From Fimicolochytrium jonesii (Eukaryota): a stretch of 64,000 nt of DNA. Below, in pieces: positions 35,754 through 49,689 of this stretch. Where the stretch lies: assembly GCF_025526975.1 (NCBI RefSeq), contig NW_026515671.1:1240001-1304000 (forward strand), written 5' to 3'. The translations under genes and the position numbers were made by a program. The notes under the pieces are model-generated. The model saw only the letters and a program-made list of their open reading frames with translations. It was not told where the DNA came from and did no database searches. The first letter of the stretch is position 1; each line of letters begins with the position of its first letter.

Positions 35754-38134
35754 ATGTTGCGCATTCAACTGGCGCTTTACGGCCGGCTGCCTTCAAATGC
35801 CACAACCACTTTATACTCCGCCCGTCCGCCACGGCGCAACCTCTTTGCATCGATACGTCAAAGCCAAAGGTCATTTCTCCACAATAATCGATTCCACAGC
35901 CGGCACGGCAACGGGCAGCAACAGCAGAAACAGCGAGACTGGTCTTGGTGGTGGTCTGCTTTCAGGGCAGGTCCGCGTCAGCGTCATGGGAACGCTTCTT
36001 GGAGACCAAAAGCCGGCTGGCTGCTCGTAGCGACTGTACCGGGCCTCCATGTATCGGGCCTCCATGTATCCACCACCTCTTTTACTTCCATCGCTCCTCC
36101 ATCGCACCGCTCAATTCCAGCCACAGCCACCGTTTTCCTCGCCGCCGCACCACTCGAAGTTGCCGACCAACGTACGACTTCGACAGGGGTATTTTCTATA
36201 CCCAGGCGAGTGCTGGCTGCAACATGGAGCGCGATCCGTGTATCATGGCGCTTCTTGCAGCTCGCCGTTCTGTTTGGGCCGGTCATCTTGACTTTTCCAA
36301 TATGGTATCTGACCGAAAGGAAAAGCTTCAAGTTGGGCACGACGCCAAATCTGTGGTGGGTCGAGTACCTGGTGTGGAGTTTTGAGATCAGTGGACCGAC
36401 GTTCACCAAGGTACAACAGCTTATTGATGTGTCGGGCCCTCAACTACGTTGCTCACTTCGTTTTTCATTCGATTCGTAGTTAGGACAGTGGGCCAGCTCC
36501 CGCAGTGACCTCTTCCCAGCTTACGTTTGCGAAATCCTCGGCCGACTTCAATCCCATGTCTCACCTCACTCCTTCAGTGCGACAAAGCGTATCATCAAGC
36601 GCGAGTACGGAGTAGCTCTGGAGGAGATGTTTGAGGAGTTCAATGAGAAGCCCATTGGGGTTGGCGCCATCGCCCAGGTAAGCAATGATGTAAATGGAAG
36701 ACAAATCAAGCAGAGGAATAAAGCTAAGTTCCCCTACATCAGGTCTACAAAGCCAAGCTCCGCCCAACAGCTCCAGGTGCCTCCGACTCTCCGACGCTAA
36801 CCTGCGCCGTCAAAGTCCTTCACCCTGGGGTGGAATGGCTCATCAACGCGGACCTCAAAATCATGCACTTTGTCGCATCCGTCATAAACCTCCTCCCGGA
36901 CGCCCAGTGGCTCTCCTTTCCCGACGAAGTCGCCATGTTCGGCCAGATGATGCACGAACAGCTGGATTTGCGCTGCGAAGCTGAGAATCTGAACAGATTC
37001 ACCGAAAACTTCCGAAACCGACCCAAAGTCTCGTTCCCGTCGCCGTACATGGCCCTGGCCAGGCGTACTGTACTGATTGAGCGGTTTGCACATGCGATCC
37101 CGATTCGCAAATTTTTGGATGAGGGGCATACGCCGTTTGATCATGCGATGGCGGAGATTGGGCTGGATTCGTTCTTGGTGCGTGTCATTGGCTGAGGATC
37201 TCGTTCATGTGTTGAAACTGGGTGGCTAACGCATTGACAATCTGTATCTGATAGCGCATGCTGGTTCTGGATAACTTCGTCCACGCGGATCTGCACCCTG
37301 GTAAGATCCTTTGAATCTCTGGCCATCTCTGAACGCTTTACACTTGCTTACTTCCCGATGCATCATGCAGGAAACATATTCATCACATTCGATCGACCCT
37401 CAACATCCAGCCAACTCTCCTCGCTCTTCGGGAAATCAAACGATATAGGAGCAGAGCCAAACTCAATTAGCCCGGAAGAAGTATCCCACCTTGCGTCCCT
37501 ACCATCCGCCGAATGGCACGTTGCCATGAACGACCTTTTCAAAAAAGGCTACACCCCTCGCTTCATCTTCCTCGACGCCGGGCTTGTCTCAACCCTCTCA
37601 ACACTCAACCTCCGCAACTTCCTCGACCTCTTCCGCGCCGTCGCCGAATTCGACGGCGAGCGGGTCGGCCACCTCATGATCGAGCGCTCACGCACCCCAC
37701 AGACGGTGATCAACCAGAAAGAATTCGTAGACACGATGGCAGAGTTCCTCAACACGGTGAAATACAACACGCTTAAACTCGGGTCCATCAAAGTCGGCGA
37801 CATTCTCGCGAAAGTGTTTTCGATGGTCCGCACGCACCATATCAAGATCGAAGGCGATTTCGCTAACGTTGGTGTGTCGATCGTTCTGCTGGAGGGTATT
37901 GGACGCCGACTGGATCCGGACATCGACCTCCTGCATGAAGCGCTTCCGATTCTGCGCGATGCGGCAAAGATGGACAGGGGTGGGGTGTATGAGGAGCCGT
38001 CGTTGAGGCATTTGAGCGAAGGGAAGACGTATTACATGCTCATGGCGTATCGGTTTGCGAAGCCGATCTTGATGCCGATGAATCCGGCGGTGGTGGAGGC
38101 TTATGAACGGGCGCAGATTTTCCTTACCGAGTAA
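35754..38134 (+). CDS. ABC1/UbiB (AarF-domain) atypical kinase, probably mitochondrial
   Basis: Arg-rich presequence-like N-terminus; SGPTFTK|LGQWASSRSDLFP; PIGVGAIAQ|VY; AVKVLHP; QLDLRCEAENL..F; DNFVHADLHPGN; FLDAGL; LLEGIGRRLDP. Confidence 0.93.
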
Positions 38135-38604
38135 TTTACAGTGGAAGGTTTACTTACATCGCACAATAATATCATTCTCACCCCTCATACGTAGATTAAT
38201 GTAGACTGATGTGTACATGTAGATGTACAAAATATGTAGTACTTTGGGTTCGACTTGATGTGCGACACTGCGAGCATTGTCGGTCTAGGCTGCGTTTCCG
38301 GAATGTCAAAAATTGGTGGACCAGGTCCCGGACGCTCCGAAACGGTCAACGGTCAACTGGCCGCACTGCAGCCACCCCACAACCATTGTTTGTCCTTGCA
38401 ATTGAGAGCTTTCCTGCAGGCAGTTGCAGGGGTTCAATCGCTATTGCCCTCGCCCTTGCAACCATTCCCGCTCGTTGTGCCGACTAGAAGGGGCTACCTG
38501 CATCTGTTCTTCAAGAGAAAGAAAGGAGGCCTCCGTTCCAAATAGTGCCACTCGGACGTGCTACTGCTGCGAACACCGCAACGCTTTGGGCTGGACTCCA
38601 AGCA

Positions 38605-41600
38605 ATGGCTTCCTCACGGCCATCAAATGACGGCTCGCACGGTTTTGCCGCAGTAGACCTATCCGAGTCCGGCGGGCCGGAAGCCGATTCCTGGCCGGTT
38701 CCCGTCTATTCCGAGTTCGCGCAAGGCCAATCACCCACCCAAGGCCGGCGCACGACCGACCAATGCAAAAGCGGTCGCTACCCACTCCAAGCGTCCCAGC
38801 AATCCTCCACAACGCAAAGCCAGCGCGCCCGCTTCGACGTCAACGATGATGAAGACGACGACGAGGACGCATACTTCGACGATGCTTACATGGACGATAT
38901 GAACATGGATATGTCGCAGAAGGGCCTGTTGGGCGGGTTAAGGCATCGCGCGAAACGGCGGATGAAGCATTGGGTTCGGAAACCATGGTTCTTGATGTGT
39001 GGGCTGGCGTTGGTGCTGGGTTTGATCATCCTGTCGTCTGTTGCGTCGAATGGGCCTGCGTTCGGTAAGCGCTTAATTCGAGCGGGAGAGGTGTTATGAG
39101 CTCTCCATCAGACTAACTGTTTTTCTCGTTCCTCGTAGTGAAAGAACCGCAACATATATCATTACTGCCCAATGTCACGTTAGAACACTTCTTCAATGGG
39201 ACGTTCAGCCCCAGAACGTCAAATTACAGGTGGCTGCCGGGTAAGCGGGCTTGAGCCCCAAGGAACCGCTAATCGTTTTCAATAATTGTTCGCTCATCTG
39301 AACGCCATTGCTTCTAGGGGCGGATGGTTTCCATGCCTTCTTGCGCCAGAAAAGTATTGTCGTCCAGCACGCACTGGATGTGAAGAACGAGTCGGTTATC
39401 CTCCAGGATCTGAAAGAGCCAAATGGAGAACCGATAACGATACAAGACTTCTTTATCTCTCCTGACATGCGATATGTCCTTGTCGAAACAGATTACGAGC
39501 GGGGCTGGCGTCACTCGTTTTTGGCGAATTATTGGCTTTGGGATGTTAACAAGAAGGAGGCAACGAGATTGCCAACGTCGGAACCGACTAAAAAGCTTGC
39601 ACTAGTGATGTGGAGCAAGAGCGGTAACAATATTGCGTGGGTGCGGGAGAACAACATCTACGTCACACTGAATGCCGACCCGCATATCGAAGTCCCGATC
39701 ACCAATGATGGATCGGCCAATATTATCAACGGCATTGCGGACTGGGTTTACGAGGAGGAAGTATTTGGAAGCCATGAGGCGATGTGGTTTTCGCCAGACG
39801 GCACCCATGTCGCGTATCTGAAATTCAACGAAACCGAAGTACCCGAATACAATCTGCAATACTATGAACGCAACAAGCAGAACTCGTATCCGGAGGGCGT
39901 GTCGGTCAAATATCCCAAACCGGGGTATCCCAACCCAGTCGTGACGTTGCATATCGCGACACCCGGGGCGACGAACCCCGCTGGCTGGGATAACCTCGTA
40001 GAGCTCGACCCGCTCCACTACTTCCCCGACAACGACCGATTATTCGTAGAAGTCACATGGGTCACGGACAACTCGCTGCTCGTACGCACCACGAACCGCG
40101 TGCAGGACACGCATCGGTTGTTTCTGGTGAAAGCCGTGACTGCGAACGATACGACGCGGTGGCGAGGAACCTTGGTGCGGAACCAGACCACCACGGACGG
40201 AGGCTGGATTACGAAACTGCAGCCTCTTACCTTTATCCCGCCAGCCCTAGCGATAGGCCGTAACCAACCATCTTACGTGGAGCTGCTGGAAGACGCTGAC
40301 GGATACATGCACATTGCGCATTTCCAAAGCGTGAACAGCGTCGACCCTGCGTGGCTCACCAAGGGCGCATGGGAGGTGGAGAAGATCCTGGCTGTGGATG
40401 CACAGCGAGGGTTGATTTACTACAGCAGCACGGAGGATGGACCGACACAACGGCATATCTTCAGCGTGGCTCTCGATGGCACGAAAGAGCGGTTGACTCC
40501 GCCCAAGGGCGAGTTGCCGGAAAGCCCTGTCGTGCCGAGTAATATATTAGCGGGCAGGGAGGCGGGGATTGCGCTGGACGCAAGTGGGGCGGATGCCGGC
40601 TTCTACAGTGCTAGGTTCTCACCGGGTTGCGGATTCTATGTCCTTCAGTATGAAGGTCCAGGCGTTCCGTGGAGCAGGATATACAAAGCTGATTTATCCG
40701 AGTTCCGCACCGATGTGGACAACAAGGAATTGTGGAATGTCATCGGCCAATACGCAGTTCCCCAGATACAATACTTTCAAATTCCCATCGCGCACCAGAG
40801 TGAGAAGCCGGGAGATACTTCGTCGTCATCGGAAGCACGGCAGTCCCCTCAGATGATGAACGCCATGCTCCGCGGCCCCCATGACTTCAACGCGAATGGC
40901 ACCACAAAGTACCCCGTCCTGATGCGCGTCTACGGCGGGCCCAACTCTCAGCTCGTCCAGCAACGCTTCTCGGTCGACTTCATGACCGCCGTCGTCTCCG
41001 CCGGCGGGTTTCTTTCCCTCACCGTTGACGGCCGCGGGACCGGTCTCATGGGCCGCAAATTCCGCACCGCCGTCGCATCCCATCTCGGCAGCGTCGAGGT
41101 TGACGACCAATTAGCCGCCGCCGACTGGCTACGGACGCAATCCTTCGTCGACCCCGCTCGAATCGCGATATGGGGTTGGTCGTACGGCGGGTACATGACC
41201 GCCAAGTGCATTGAGGCGAATAGTGGCCGGTTTGCGTTGGGGATGTCGGTTGCGCCCGTTACGGATTGGATGTACTATGACTCGATATACACGGAGCGGT
41301 ATATGAAGACGCCGAGGAGTAACCCAAAGGGATATGAGGGCAGTGCCGTGACGGAGATGGAGGGCTTCCGGAATGCGAAGTATCTTTTGGTGCATGGGAC
41401 TGCTGATGGTGAGTGCGGGGACTCTTTACTGTCGCCACGCTCCCACTTCTTTTTTCACCTCACTCATACTCCACCCTCCTCGATACCAGACAACGTCCAC
41501 TTCCAGAATACGGCCTCCCTCATCTGGAAACTCACCAACGCCCGCATCCGCAACTACCAAGTCCAGGTCTACACAGACTCGGACCACAGCATGAGCGCCG

Positions 41601-41686
41601 GCGGCGCGCCCAGGGAGGTGTATGTCCGCCTGTGGAACTTCTTGATGGAGAATTTGCAAGGGGAGCAGTACCGCCTTGCGCGGTGA
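38605..41686 (+). CDS. Dipeptidyl peptidase IV family protease (Ste13/Dap2-like, S9B), type II membrane protein
   Basis: N-terminal TM anchor; NGIADWVYEEEV; KYPKPGYPNP; GWSYGG nucleophile; HGTADDNVH after splicing; DSDH. Confidence 0.96.
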
Positions 41687-42090
41687 GGATTGCTGGACCG
41701 AGATCTTGGGCGGTAGTGTACAACGTAGCGACGTATACTGTACATCGTCCTTTATCCATGCGACTGGCGTCTCTCCAACCCTTCGATTTGTATAGAAACA
41801 GGCCGTCTTCTATAATATGTACATATCTATGTTTGAAAGGAGCTGGATCCTCGCTATTTCTGATGGCACCAGCTATGCTGGACGATGGCATGATATCGAC
41901 ACCGACGGCAGCGGGGGCGATACCGACTCCAATCATGCCGACGCTCCAACGCGTTCACAGGCGTTCACCGTCTTTCGCGCACTTTGCGAAAGGGGGTGCG
42001 ACTCTCTGTCCCGAACAGCATTCGGCAGAGGCACACATACATAAAACTGGACAACGGTCTCCCTCCGGTCTCCCGGCGCCATTTCCCGAA

Positions 42091-45000
42091 ATGGTTGGGG
42101 CAACACTTGTTATATGCTGTGTTCGGGCCATTTCGAGTTTACTGACGAAATGACAATCTTCCCAGCCTTGCATTCTGAAAGTGCGCATCGTCGCAGCTCG
42201 GAACCTGCCGGTCATGGACCGAGCGACCGAACTGACTGGTATGTCCACCTGCTCTTTGGCCGACCCCACCACTATGGTGTAGTTTACGCAGTCTCAGCTA
42301 ACACCGTTCGGCTACAGACGCGTTCGTCGAGGTGAAATTCGCAGCATACGATGAGTTCCGCACGCAGATCTGCAAAAGGACGCTGAACCCCGTCTGGAAC
42401 GAGGATTTCCGATTTGTACGTTCCTTGATCTCGCCCTTAGGCAATGGGATCATAGGCTCATCAACCAACTTGTCAGGAAGTCAGCGACGATGCCGATCTC
42501 CAAAACGAGCCACTGGAGCTGAAAGTGATGGATTACGACCAGATCACGTACAATGACTCGATCGGGACTGTGTTTATTGATATGAACCCGCTTCTGACGT
42601 GGGATTCGAAGTCGCAGATCTCTGGGTGGATTCCGATGTAAGCTGGGCATAGGAGTGGGTCCTGGAGGATGTGGAGGCGTTGCGGCTCACTTTTCCGCGT
42701 ATGATAGCTTTGATACACTCCGGGGAGTCAGAGGAGAGCTGAATGTACAGGTCCGATTACAGTTTTTTGGGGATGTGAATCCCTTCAAAGGTGAGCGGTG
42801 CTTGACAGGCATGTGCGCTGGGGATATGATGCTTACAGGAGAATCCGTTGATGCCGCCCAGATAGTTCGGCCGGTGTTCAGTTCTATACCTCCACTGCTC
42901 TGCCGTCGAACCTCAATGTTCAGTCCGTATTGGGCTTTGTATCTGCTCTCGAGAATGAGGACGATCCTGAATACGTGAGTACTGGCATGACAGCTATGCA
43001 AGACTGAGGCTGAAGCGGGCGTCTGACACTCGACCATGCATCGTAGCACTGGAGTGATAACTTCCGAACTCCAAGGACGTCGAACGAATCGCGCACGCGT
43101 GTCATGTACCGCTTGAGCGGACAGCTCAGGAGGAAGATCGGGAAGGAAGCGCTCGAGCTGAACGGGAATGCCGTCATTGGATACAAGCAGTATTTCGACA
43201 TAGAAAATGAAGAGCGGTCGATTACAGCGCGGGCCATCGGTACCGCCGTACGACTCGTGATACCGGATGAAGTGACTTTGGACCGGGGCGCGAGTTGGGC
43301 GTCGTTGGCACATTCTCCGACATCCTCGCCATTAGGCGGCACACCTTTTAGCGAATCGCTCCCGGTGGTGACGGTACCCACGTCTCCCAATGCGCATGCC
43401 TCCGCGTTGAGCTTATCAGAGGACGGCTCATCCCTTCATAGGGACCAGACTGTTGCCATGCTGCTACCAACCGCCGCAACAGGCTACAAATCCGCCGAGC
43501 ACGTCACTTTCACGCTGCACAACTTCCCATCGGGCTCCATCCTCGGAATCGGCGGACTTGTGAGCGCTACGTCCGTCAAAGTCATCGACAACAGCAAAAC
43601 CGAGATCCGGGAAGCCTGGTGGACGGAGCTGCGCGACGAGATTAAGTCGCATGCCAGAGCTCTTGGGTGTCCTTTCGTCATTGGGTATACCGAAGACAGC
43701 TGCATCAACGGCGAACTTGCGGTTTTGCATTGCAGTGGGACCGCGGCGATCATGGATATGGCGATGATGGGCGGCAATGCTACGTCGGAGGTGCTGGGTA
43801 CGGCGACTGGCAGTGCCAAGCGAGAGTCGGTTGCGAACGATGCACATAATGGGACCAGCTCGGTTAGCAGGCGGAACTCGGTATCTGTGCCGCGTGACGC
43901 GAAACTGGAAGAAGGGCTGTCGCAGGGGTCATTAGGGCAGCCAAGAGGCTCGTTGACAGGTAGCGAGTTTCGGGAAACGTTTTGGGACGCTTTTGCGAAG
44001 AGGAGAAGACGCCGGAAACGAGCGAAAGGTATGCCGGATTCATTGGCACACTGTGGAAAAAGGCTGTGCCTCTAAGCACCCATCGAATCAGGTTGTCAAG
44101 CATGTCATATCACGTATAGGCGCGACGACTCACCATTTCCCATGTCGTATATCAAATGCGGTCTCTGTAAGAAGAAATACGTGCCGGAGGTTTTGTTGAC
44201 AACCATTGACCCACCCCCTGAGCTCGAGACCGTGAGTAATGGCATCTTGCTCGAAGCACATGGTATGCAATTACGTCTTCGCGTGCGTTTGGCTCTGTAA
44301 GATTGAAGCTCAAGATGCTTCAATACACCGTCAGTCTGCAGGTATCGCCGGATACATGGAGACTCCAGGCCAGGTGTCATATCTGAAGCTATTCCCTTCG
44401 CCCAATACGACATCCATCGACAGCTTATCTATAAGCTGCGGATAAACGGGCTCAATGCGGTGTTTGGGCTGAAAATACAATTTAGCGTAGGCGAGTCTTT
44501 GATGACGGCCGTCGCTACTGGCACTGCCACATATGTGCGCGCGCTCCCTGCTCCACCGCCACTGAAAGTGTTTCGGAACCTGGAAGTGGTCGATGAGGAG
44601 GACCAACGGCTGCTGGAGATTCAGCGAGGCATCATGGCCAGAAGTGAGGAGAATCGAAAAATGATCGAGGACGCGCTTGAACTCTTGGAAGAGGAGTCGC
44701 TGGCATTAAAGCGGGCGCGGCGACAACTGGACGAAGACGAAGACGAGGATGAGGTCAAAAACCGTGTTCTCAAAACCGACGCAGACGACTCGTCAAGTTC
44801 CGGCAGTGGGTCTGACTCCGATTCCGACGATGAGCAAGAGCAGACTAAGAGACATCGCAGCGTCATTGTACAGATCGATGACGAGCAGGATGAGGATCTG
44901 GTGCTTTTGCAGTCGCCTTCCTTTCCTTCCAATTTCGCGATCTGCAATACCTCCGTGCCACCTTCGAGTGATACCCTATTTGAACCGCACGGACTGGATA

Positions 45001-45998
45001 GCGTTCAGGGCATCACGATGATCAAGCACGCCATGATCACCGGTGCTTCCCATCACCCAAACAGGCAGCTGGCGGGACTGTTCAGGCAGATATATGAGGA
45101 GCTGATCATGCAGTTGGGTGCGTACTTTGAAAAGTGTGTCGTCGCCGGACTGGACTACAACGTGACGGTTGTGAAGGAATGCGAGATTCAGATCGTGCTC
45201 AATGGGGTGGCTCTGGGTTCGTCGCTCGATTATGCAACGTTGACTGCGGAAACCGACACCATCGAGCTGGACGAAGTCTTGGAGGAGATTCGATCTGGGA
45301 ACCTTTCATCTTCTCGCAGACCGAGCATTGTGCATGCTGTGGAAGACCCGATGCCCAAAAAGCTGACCATCTCCAGCCCACTCATCGTGCGCGAAGCCAC
45401 CCGTCTATTCTTCCGCCGCGAGCCAACAGTTACATCCATGGGAACCAGCGGGACCAGCATCGACGAAGATTTTGTCTTCTCCATCGACGCCGACGATCCG
45501 AGCGGCATCGGAGCCTCAGTTACCAGCACCGTTCCACCCTCGTCCGCCGTCGCATCACCAGGATCGGGCGCTCCTCCGATATCAACATCGCACAGGCCCA
45601 ACCACTTCCCTAATTTTCCTTCCACCTACACTGGTCCGGTGCCACTCACACCCTTATGGTACATCCCCTCCCACCCCACGCTTACGCATCTCGGCCGCAT
45701 ATCCCACCACTTTGTCAAGGAGGCCGCCATCACATTCGACTCTGTACAGGGAGGCATGGGCGGGTTCTCGCATACGTTCTTGATGGAGATCCATGCCGTG
45801 CTCAGGGCCCATGCGCGAGCGCTGGGCGGGAACGCGCTCGTGGGCGTGAGGGTCGATTTGAGCGTGGTGGAGGAGAGTCTGAAGGGCGGGACGGGGTATG
45901 CGCTCATATGTATAGGAGGCGATGTGGTCGTGGTAGAAGATGGTGATGTTGGGGTTGAGGGAGGATACGCGAGTGTCGGTGCCAGAGGTTTCTTTTGA
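42091..45998 (+). CDS. C2CD5: C2 domain-containing protein 5 (C2CD5/KIAA0528)-like
   Basis: M|PCILKVRIVAARNLPVMDRATELTD|AFVEVKF..LNPVWNEDFRF; YbjQ-like repeats (GNAVIGYKQYFD; REAWWTELRDEIKSHARALGC; RAHARALGGNALVG). Confidence 0.92.
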
Positions 45999-46393
45999 GG
46001 CTTCTGAACTGCCTTCATTTTGTATTTACCGATGTCCGGTAGTCTTATATATATCAAAGCATCCCGAAATGATACCATCAAGTATCTCACATTTGAAAGC
46101 AGTAGTATTTGCGAAAGTGCAGAGCCAGGTCGAGAAGAAGGTTACCGTCACACTCCCACATTTAAACGCAGTCTGGTGGTTTGCAAAGCTTCGTAATTCT
46201 ATTTATATTCAACGGTTCATCTCGTTCATCTATCTTGTGAAATCGGTCTATCTATATGTGTGTATCTATCTACATCTATCTTGCATTTCGCATCTATGAA
46301 CAAATCGCTTGCCTTTGTAGCGAGATCAAGCTTCTATAAAGTCGGGCGAACGGTATATACTTGCGATGGGACATTCGTCATATCGCAAATGAC

Positions 46394-47374
46394 TTAGTTC
46401 CTCTTGCGGCACTTGGGGGGAGCCGGTGCAGAGGTAGGCGCAGCAGTAGGGGCCGGGGCCTCGGTGGAGTACTCAGGGTCAGTGGGCGCCGTATAGGTAG
46501 GCACAGGCGCCTCGGTAGAGTATTCGGGGTCGGTGGGCGCCGTGTAGGTAGGCACAGGCGCCGCGGGGGTAGAGACCGGCGCGGGAGCAGCGGGAGAGGA
46601 GGAAGGAGCCGGGACCGGGACGGGAGCGGGGGCAGCACCGCCAGCAGTGGCAACGGCGGGGCCGAAGGTGGGGTAAGAGTCGTAAGGAGCGTAGAGGTTG
46701 AACAGGACACCGGGGCTCTGGAAGTTGACGTTTCCGGGGATGAGGGTCTTGGGCTCAAAGTCGGCGTTGCCGGTTCCGGTGATCTGCATCTCAGCGCAGT
46801 ACACGTAGAGCTGGATCCCACGGCCAGGGTTGTTGGTGTACAGGGTGTCGGCCTCGTGCAGGGCGTTGATCTCCGTGCGCAAGAGGTACTTGCCCGATGG
46901 GACCTGGGCGGGGATGGTGATGTCCAGCTGGCCTCCGTTGCCCATCAGGACCTCCGTGCAGAACTTGTTGGTGGCCTTGTCGAAACCGTGCTCGAAGATC
47001 TTGAACCAAGCGTCGCCGGTGGGCATGCTGCCATCCGCGGGTGCGGCGGCGAGGTAGACCTCGCAAGCACCCTTGTGGGAGGACGCGATGATGTCGTCCC
47101 CAGCACGGTCGTGGCCGAAGAACAAAGACATCTTGCTGCCGGCGGTGATGGGGCACGTGGCGGCCGCGGGCTGAGTGGGCGCAAACCCACAGATCATGTC
47201 CTTGCTGGCCAAGTCCTTGATGGGGAAGTTCCTCTGGCCGGTTGTCCACGTCGATGTGTGTCGAATGCAGTCAGTAGTTGCGCCGCCGGGGAGGACGACG
47301 TGGTCAAGGTACGTGTGGGCTGAGACCGAAGAGACGGCGGCGAGGACCGATGCAGCGATGAAAGCGACCTTCAT
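46394..47374 (-). CDS. Lytic polysaccharide monooxygenase, AA9 family, with Pro/Thr-rich tail
   Basis: Signal peptide ends VSA|H (His1 of the His brace); IASSHKG; WFKI; YLLRTEINALH; QLYVYC. Intronless. Confidence 0.93.
   Translation of the reverse strand: MKVAFIAASVLAAVSSVSAHTYLDHVVLPGGATTDCIRHTSTWTTGQRNFPIKDLASKDMICGFAPTQPAAATCPITAGSKMSLFFGHDRAGDDIIASSHKGACEVYLAAAPADGSMPTGDAWFKIFEHGFDKATNKFCTEVLMGNGGQLDITIPAQVPSGKYLLRTEINALHEADTLYTNNPGRGIQLYVYCAEMQITGTGNADFEPKTLIPGNVNFQSPGVLFNLYAPYDSYPTFGPAVATAGGAAPAPVPVPAPSSSPAAPAPVSTPAAPVPTYTAPTDPEYSTEAPVPTYTAPTDPEYSTEAPAPTAAPTSAPAPPKCRKRN
46458..46562. repeat. 51-bp tandem duplication encoding (APVPTYTAPTDPEYSTE)x2
   Basis: Units start at 46458 and 46509. 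They differ at the nucleotide level but encode identical peptides. Confidence 0.85.
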
Positions 47375-48802
47375 GATTGTAGCGGTGTTGGGGGTTGGGG
47401 GCTGTGTATGTTGGTTGGGTTGGTGTGAGGCGGTGTGAAGAAGGAGGGGATGCTACTCGCCCAGCTCTGCTTTTATGCGACCCGACGCTCCCTCATCTGC
47501 GTTCCTCTGCCCGTATGTGCTGCCGGTCCCCGGCGCATCGCTCTACATGTGCGTGGGTGCTACGAAGGTTCATCGCGACCAGCCAGATCGGACTGTCAGT
47601 GCCCGCGTTGTCAAAGTTGGCGTCGCTCGCCTTCTGCCGCTGTCAATTTTGAGCGGAGTCGCGTTGCCATTCGTTCCGGCGCTGGCCTGGGACCCCCAGA
47701 ACGGCCAAGAAAACTGAAACGTTCGAATTTTCGCTTTGCTAGGCGCTTTGGGTCAGCGATCAAAGGCAACCAAACCGGGACCAGCGGAATCGCTTACCCC
47801 AAGAGCAGGCCGCCTTTCTTGACAATGAAATCGAAGGTTTATTGTTTATGGACAATAGTGACAACAGTTTAAATTGTTTTAGAGTTTAGCAACCCGATTT
47901 CGCGCCATAAAGTTCGCGCGCCTGACTGTCTAATGACATGTCTTCCCGAGTTTTTGGCTCTAATCTCCGCCGGTGGTTGGTGGAGCGAATCTTTACCAAA
48001 ACTTTCTGGTGTTCGGCGGAAAGGTTGCAGTGAACCTGTCAGAAGTTTTCGGAGCGCGAGAACAATTTGCGATTTGCTCACGTTACATCAGTTTGCTGGA
48101 TGGATCCGAGGTTCTTCTTTGCGTGCACGGTTCCGCCGCTCATATTGAATAATTGCAGAGATACAAAAGGAATTGTACGGCCAAATGCAAAGAACATGGT
48201 GCTATCGTCCAGAACTCATTTTGGGATGATGCCGCCAAGAAGTCGTGCCTGCTTTCCCCGGCGCATTTGAGCTCATTGTTTCGGAAATGGTAGTCCGCTT
48301 CAAATGTGCACTACTCCTCATTCCTCGCGTCATGGGTTTCCACTCAGTGACCATTTGTCTGCGCATACTGGCCTGCTCACGCCCGGGTAAGTGTGCGCGG
48401 ACAAATAATCGGTGTGTGTCGGGCGGGCCGCTTCGCTCCATCCAGCGCCGCACCGTCCGAGTCTTCACATCAGGCTTCGCTCACGCCATCGACTTTCACG
48501 CAAACGCTCCACACTTTACGGATCGTGAATACCAGCAATCGGCTCATGCCTCGATGGCTCACGACAAGGCGAATACATGAGGCTCAGGCTTCTTGGTCCA
48601 AAGCTCCCCCGGAGGCGTGAATCGCGTTGCACCTTGGCTGCTCGGTTGGAGAGCGAACAATTGTGTCCAGAAGCTCAAGGTTTGCCTGGGGATGATTTGG
48701 GCTATCAATGTTCTCCTTGGTGGCTTCATATTCGGCAGTACCTTGCTGGCTTTACCCCGACACGGCACTCGGCTTTGAGGTGCTGATATAAACAGCGTCA
48801 AG

Positions 48803-49560
48803 CTAGACCTCAGACGGTATTCCCGACGTACTGCTGATCATTGACGGTGAAGAGGTACGCGCCCGGGTGCATGACACTTCTTTCAACTTCTTTGCCCCGC
48901 ATGGCATTGGCTTCTCCGGTACCGCAGTCAGGTCTAGCTGCAGGCATTTGGCGACATCATGCTTGATATGTCTGTGCAGGCGTTGCGTGGTTTCCTCTTC
49001 CGCCGCGGGTATCTTTGCCGTTTCACGGAGGGCCACCACTCCTCCCAGATACGAGCGATGCACATACGAGTTCTGAGTCTCGTTTTCCCCTTCCCTTCCG
49101 TCAAGGTCCATATCACGCACCATGCACATCAGTTGCAAGCCCTTCGAGACGTGAGGGTTCTCGCGTCGTTTGCCTCGAAGCAGAGGATGCTAGATTGTTG
49201 TCATGGCCGTCATTCCGCCGTAGAAGATCCTAGTCCAGGGCATGGGTGACAGGTGAATTGTCAATGCTGTTGTACATGGCTTGATATAGATTACGTGCCA
49301 AACGTAGCGAAGGGTCTGATGCCGACTCCGATTTCAATGCTGCACCAGTTCGCCTGATTCCAAGTTCTACTGCAGTCAACGGCCAGTTTCGTGAGGTCGT
49401 GGACACGATCACACATTCGGAGTGCCAACCGAGTCGCTTCGCATACAGAAGGGGATCAAATGTTTCCAAATGCAGCCTTGACTCGCAATGCACAGTGTCT
49501 TCCTTCGCGAACAACGAGGATAGGTGCCTCGCCGTTCGTTGGAGATATCCAGGAAGTTCC
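48803..49560 (-). pseudogene. Degraded ORF remnant of unknown family
   Basis: Collinear protein-like fragments (49230-49514, 48803-49138) in different frames, separated by a stop and a frameshift. Confidence 0.3.
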
Positions 49561-49689
49561 AGTCAGCGCCGAATTAGACCACCGTTTCGACTCCGGTCGC
49601 CAACGCAGCCCAGCGGGCGCTTGGTGCTGAGTACTGGCGAGTATTGCTGAGCGTGGGTGTTCTTGGAGCGGGACCCTTGTTCCCAGCCA

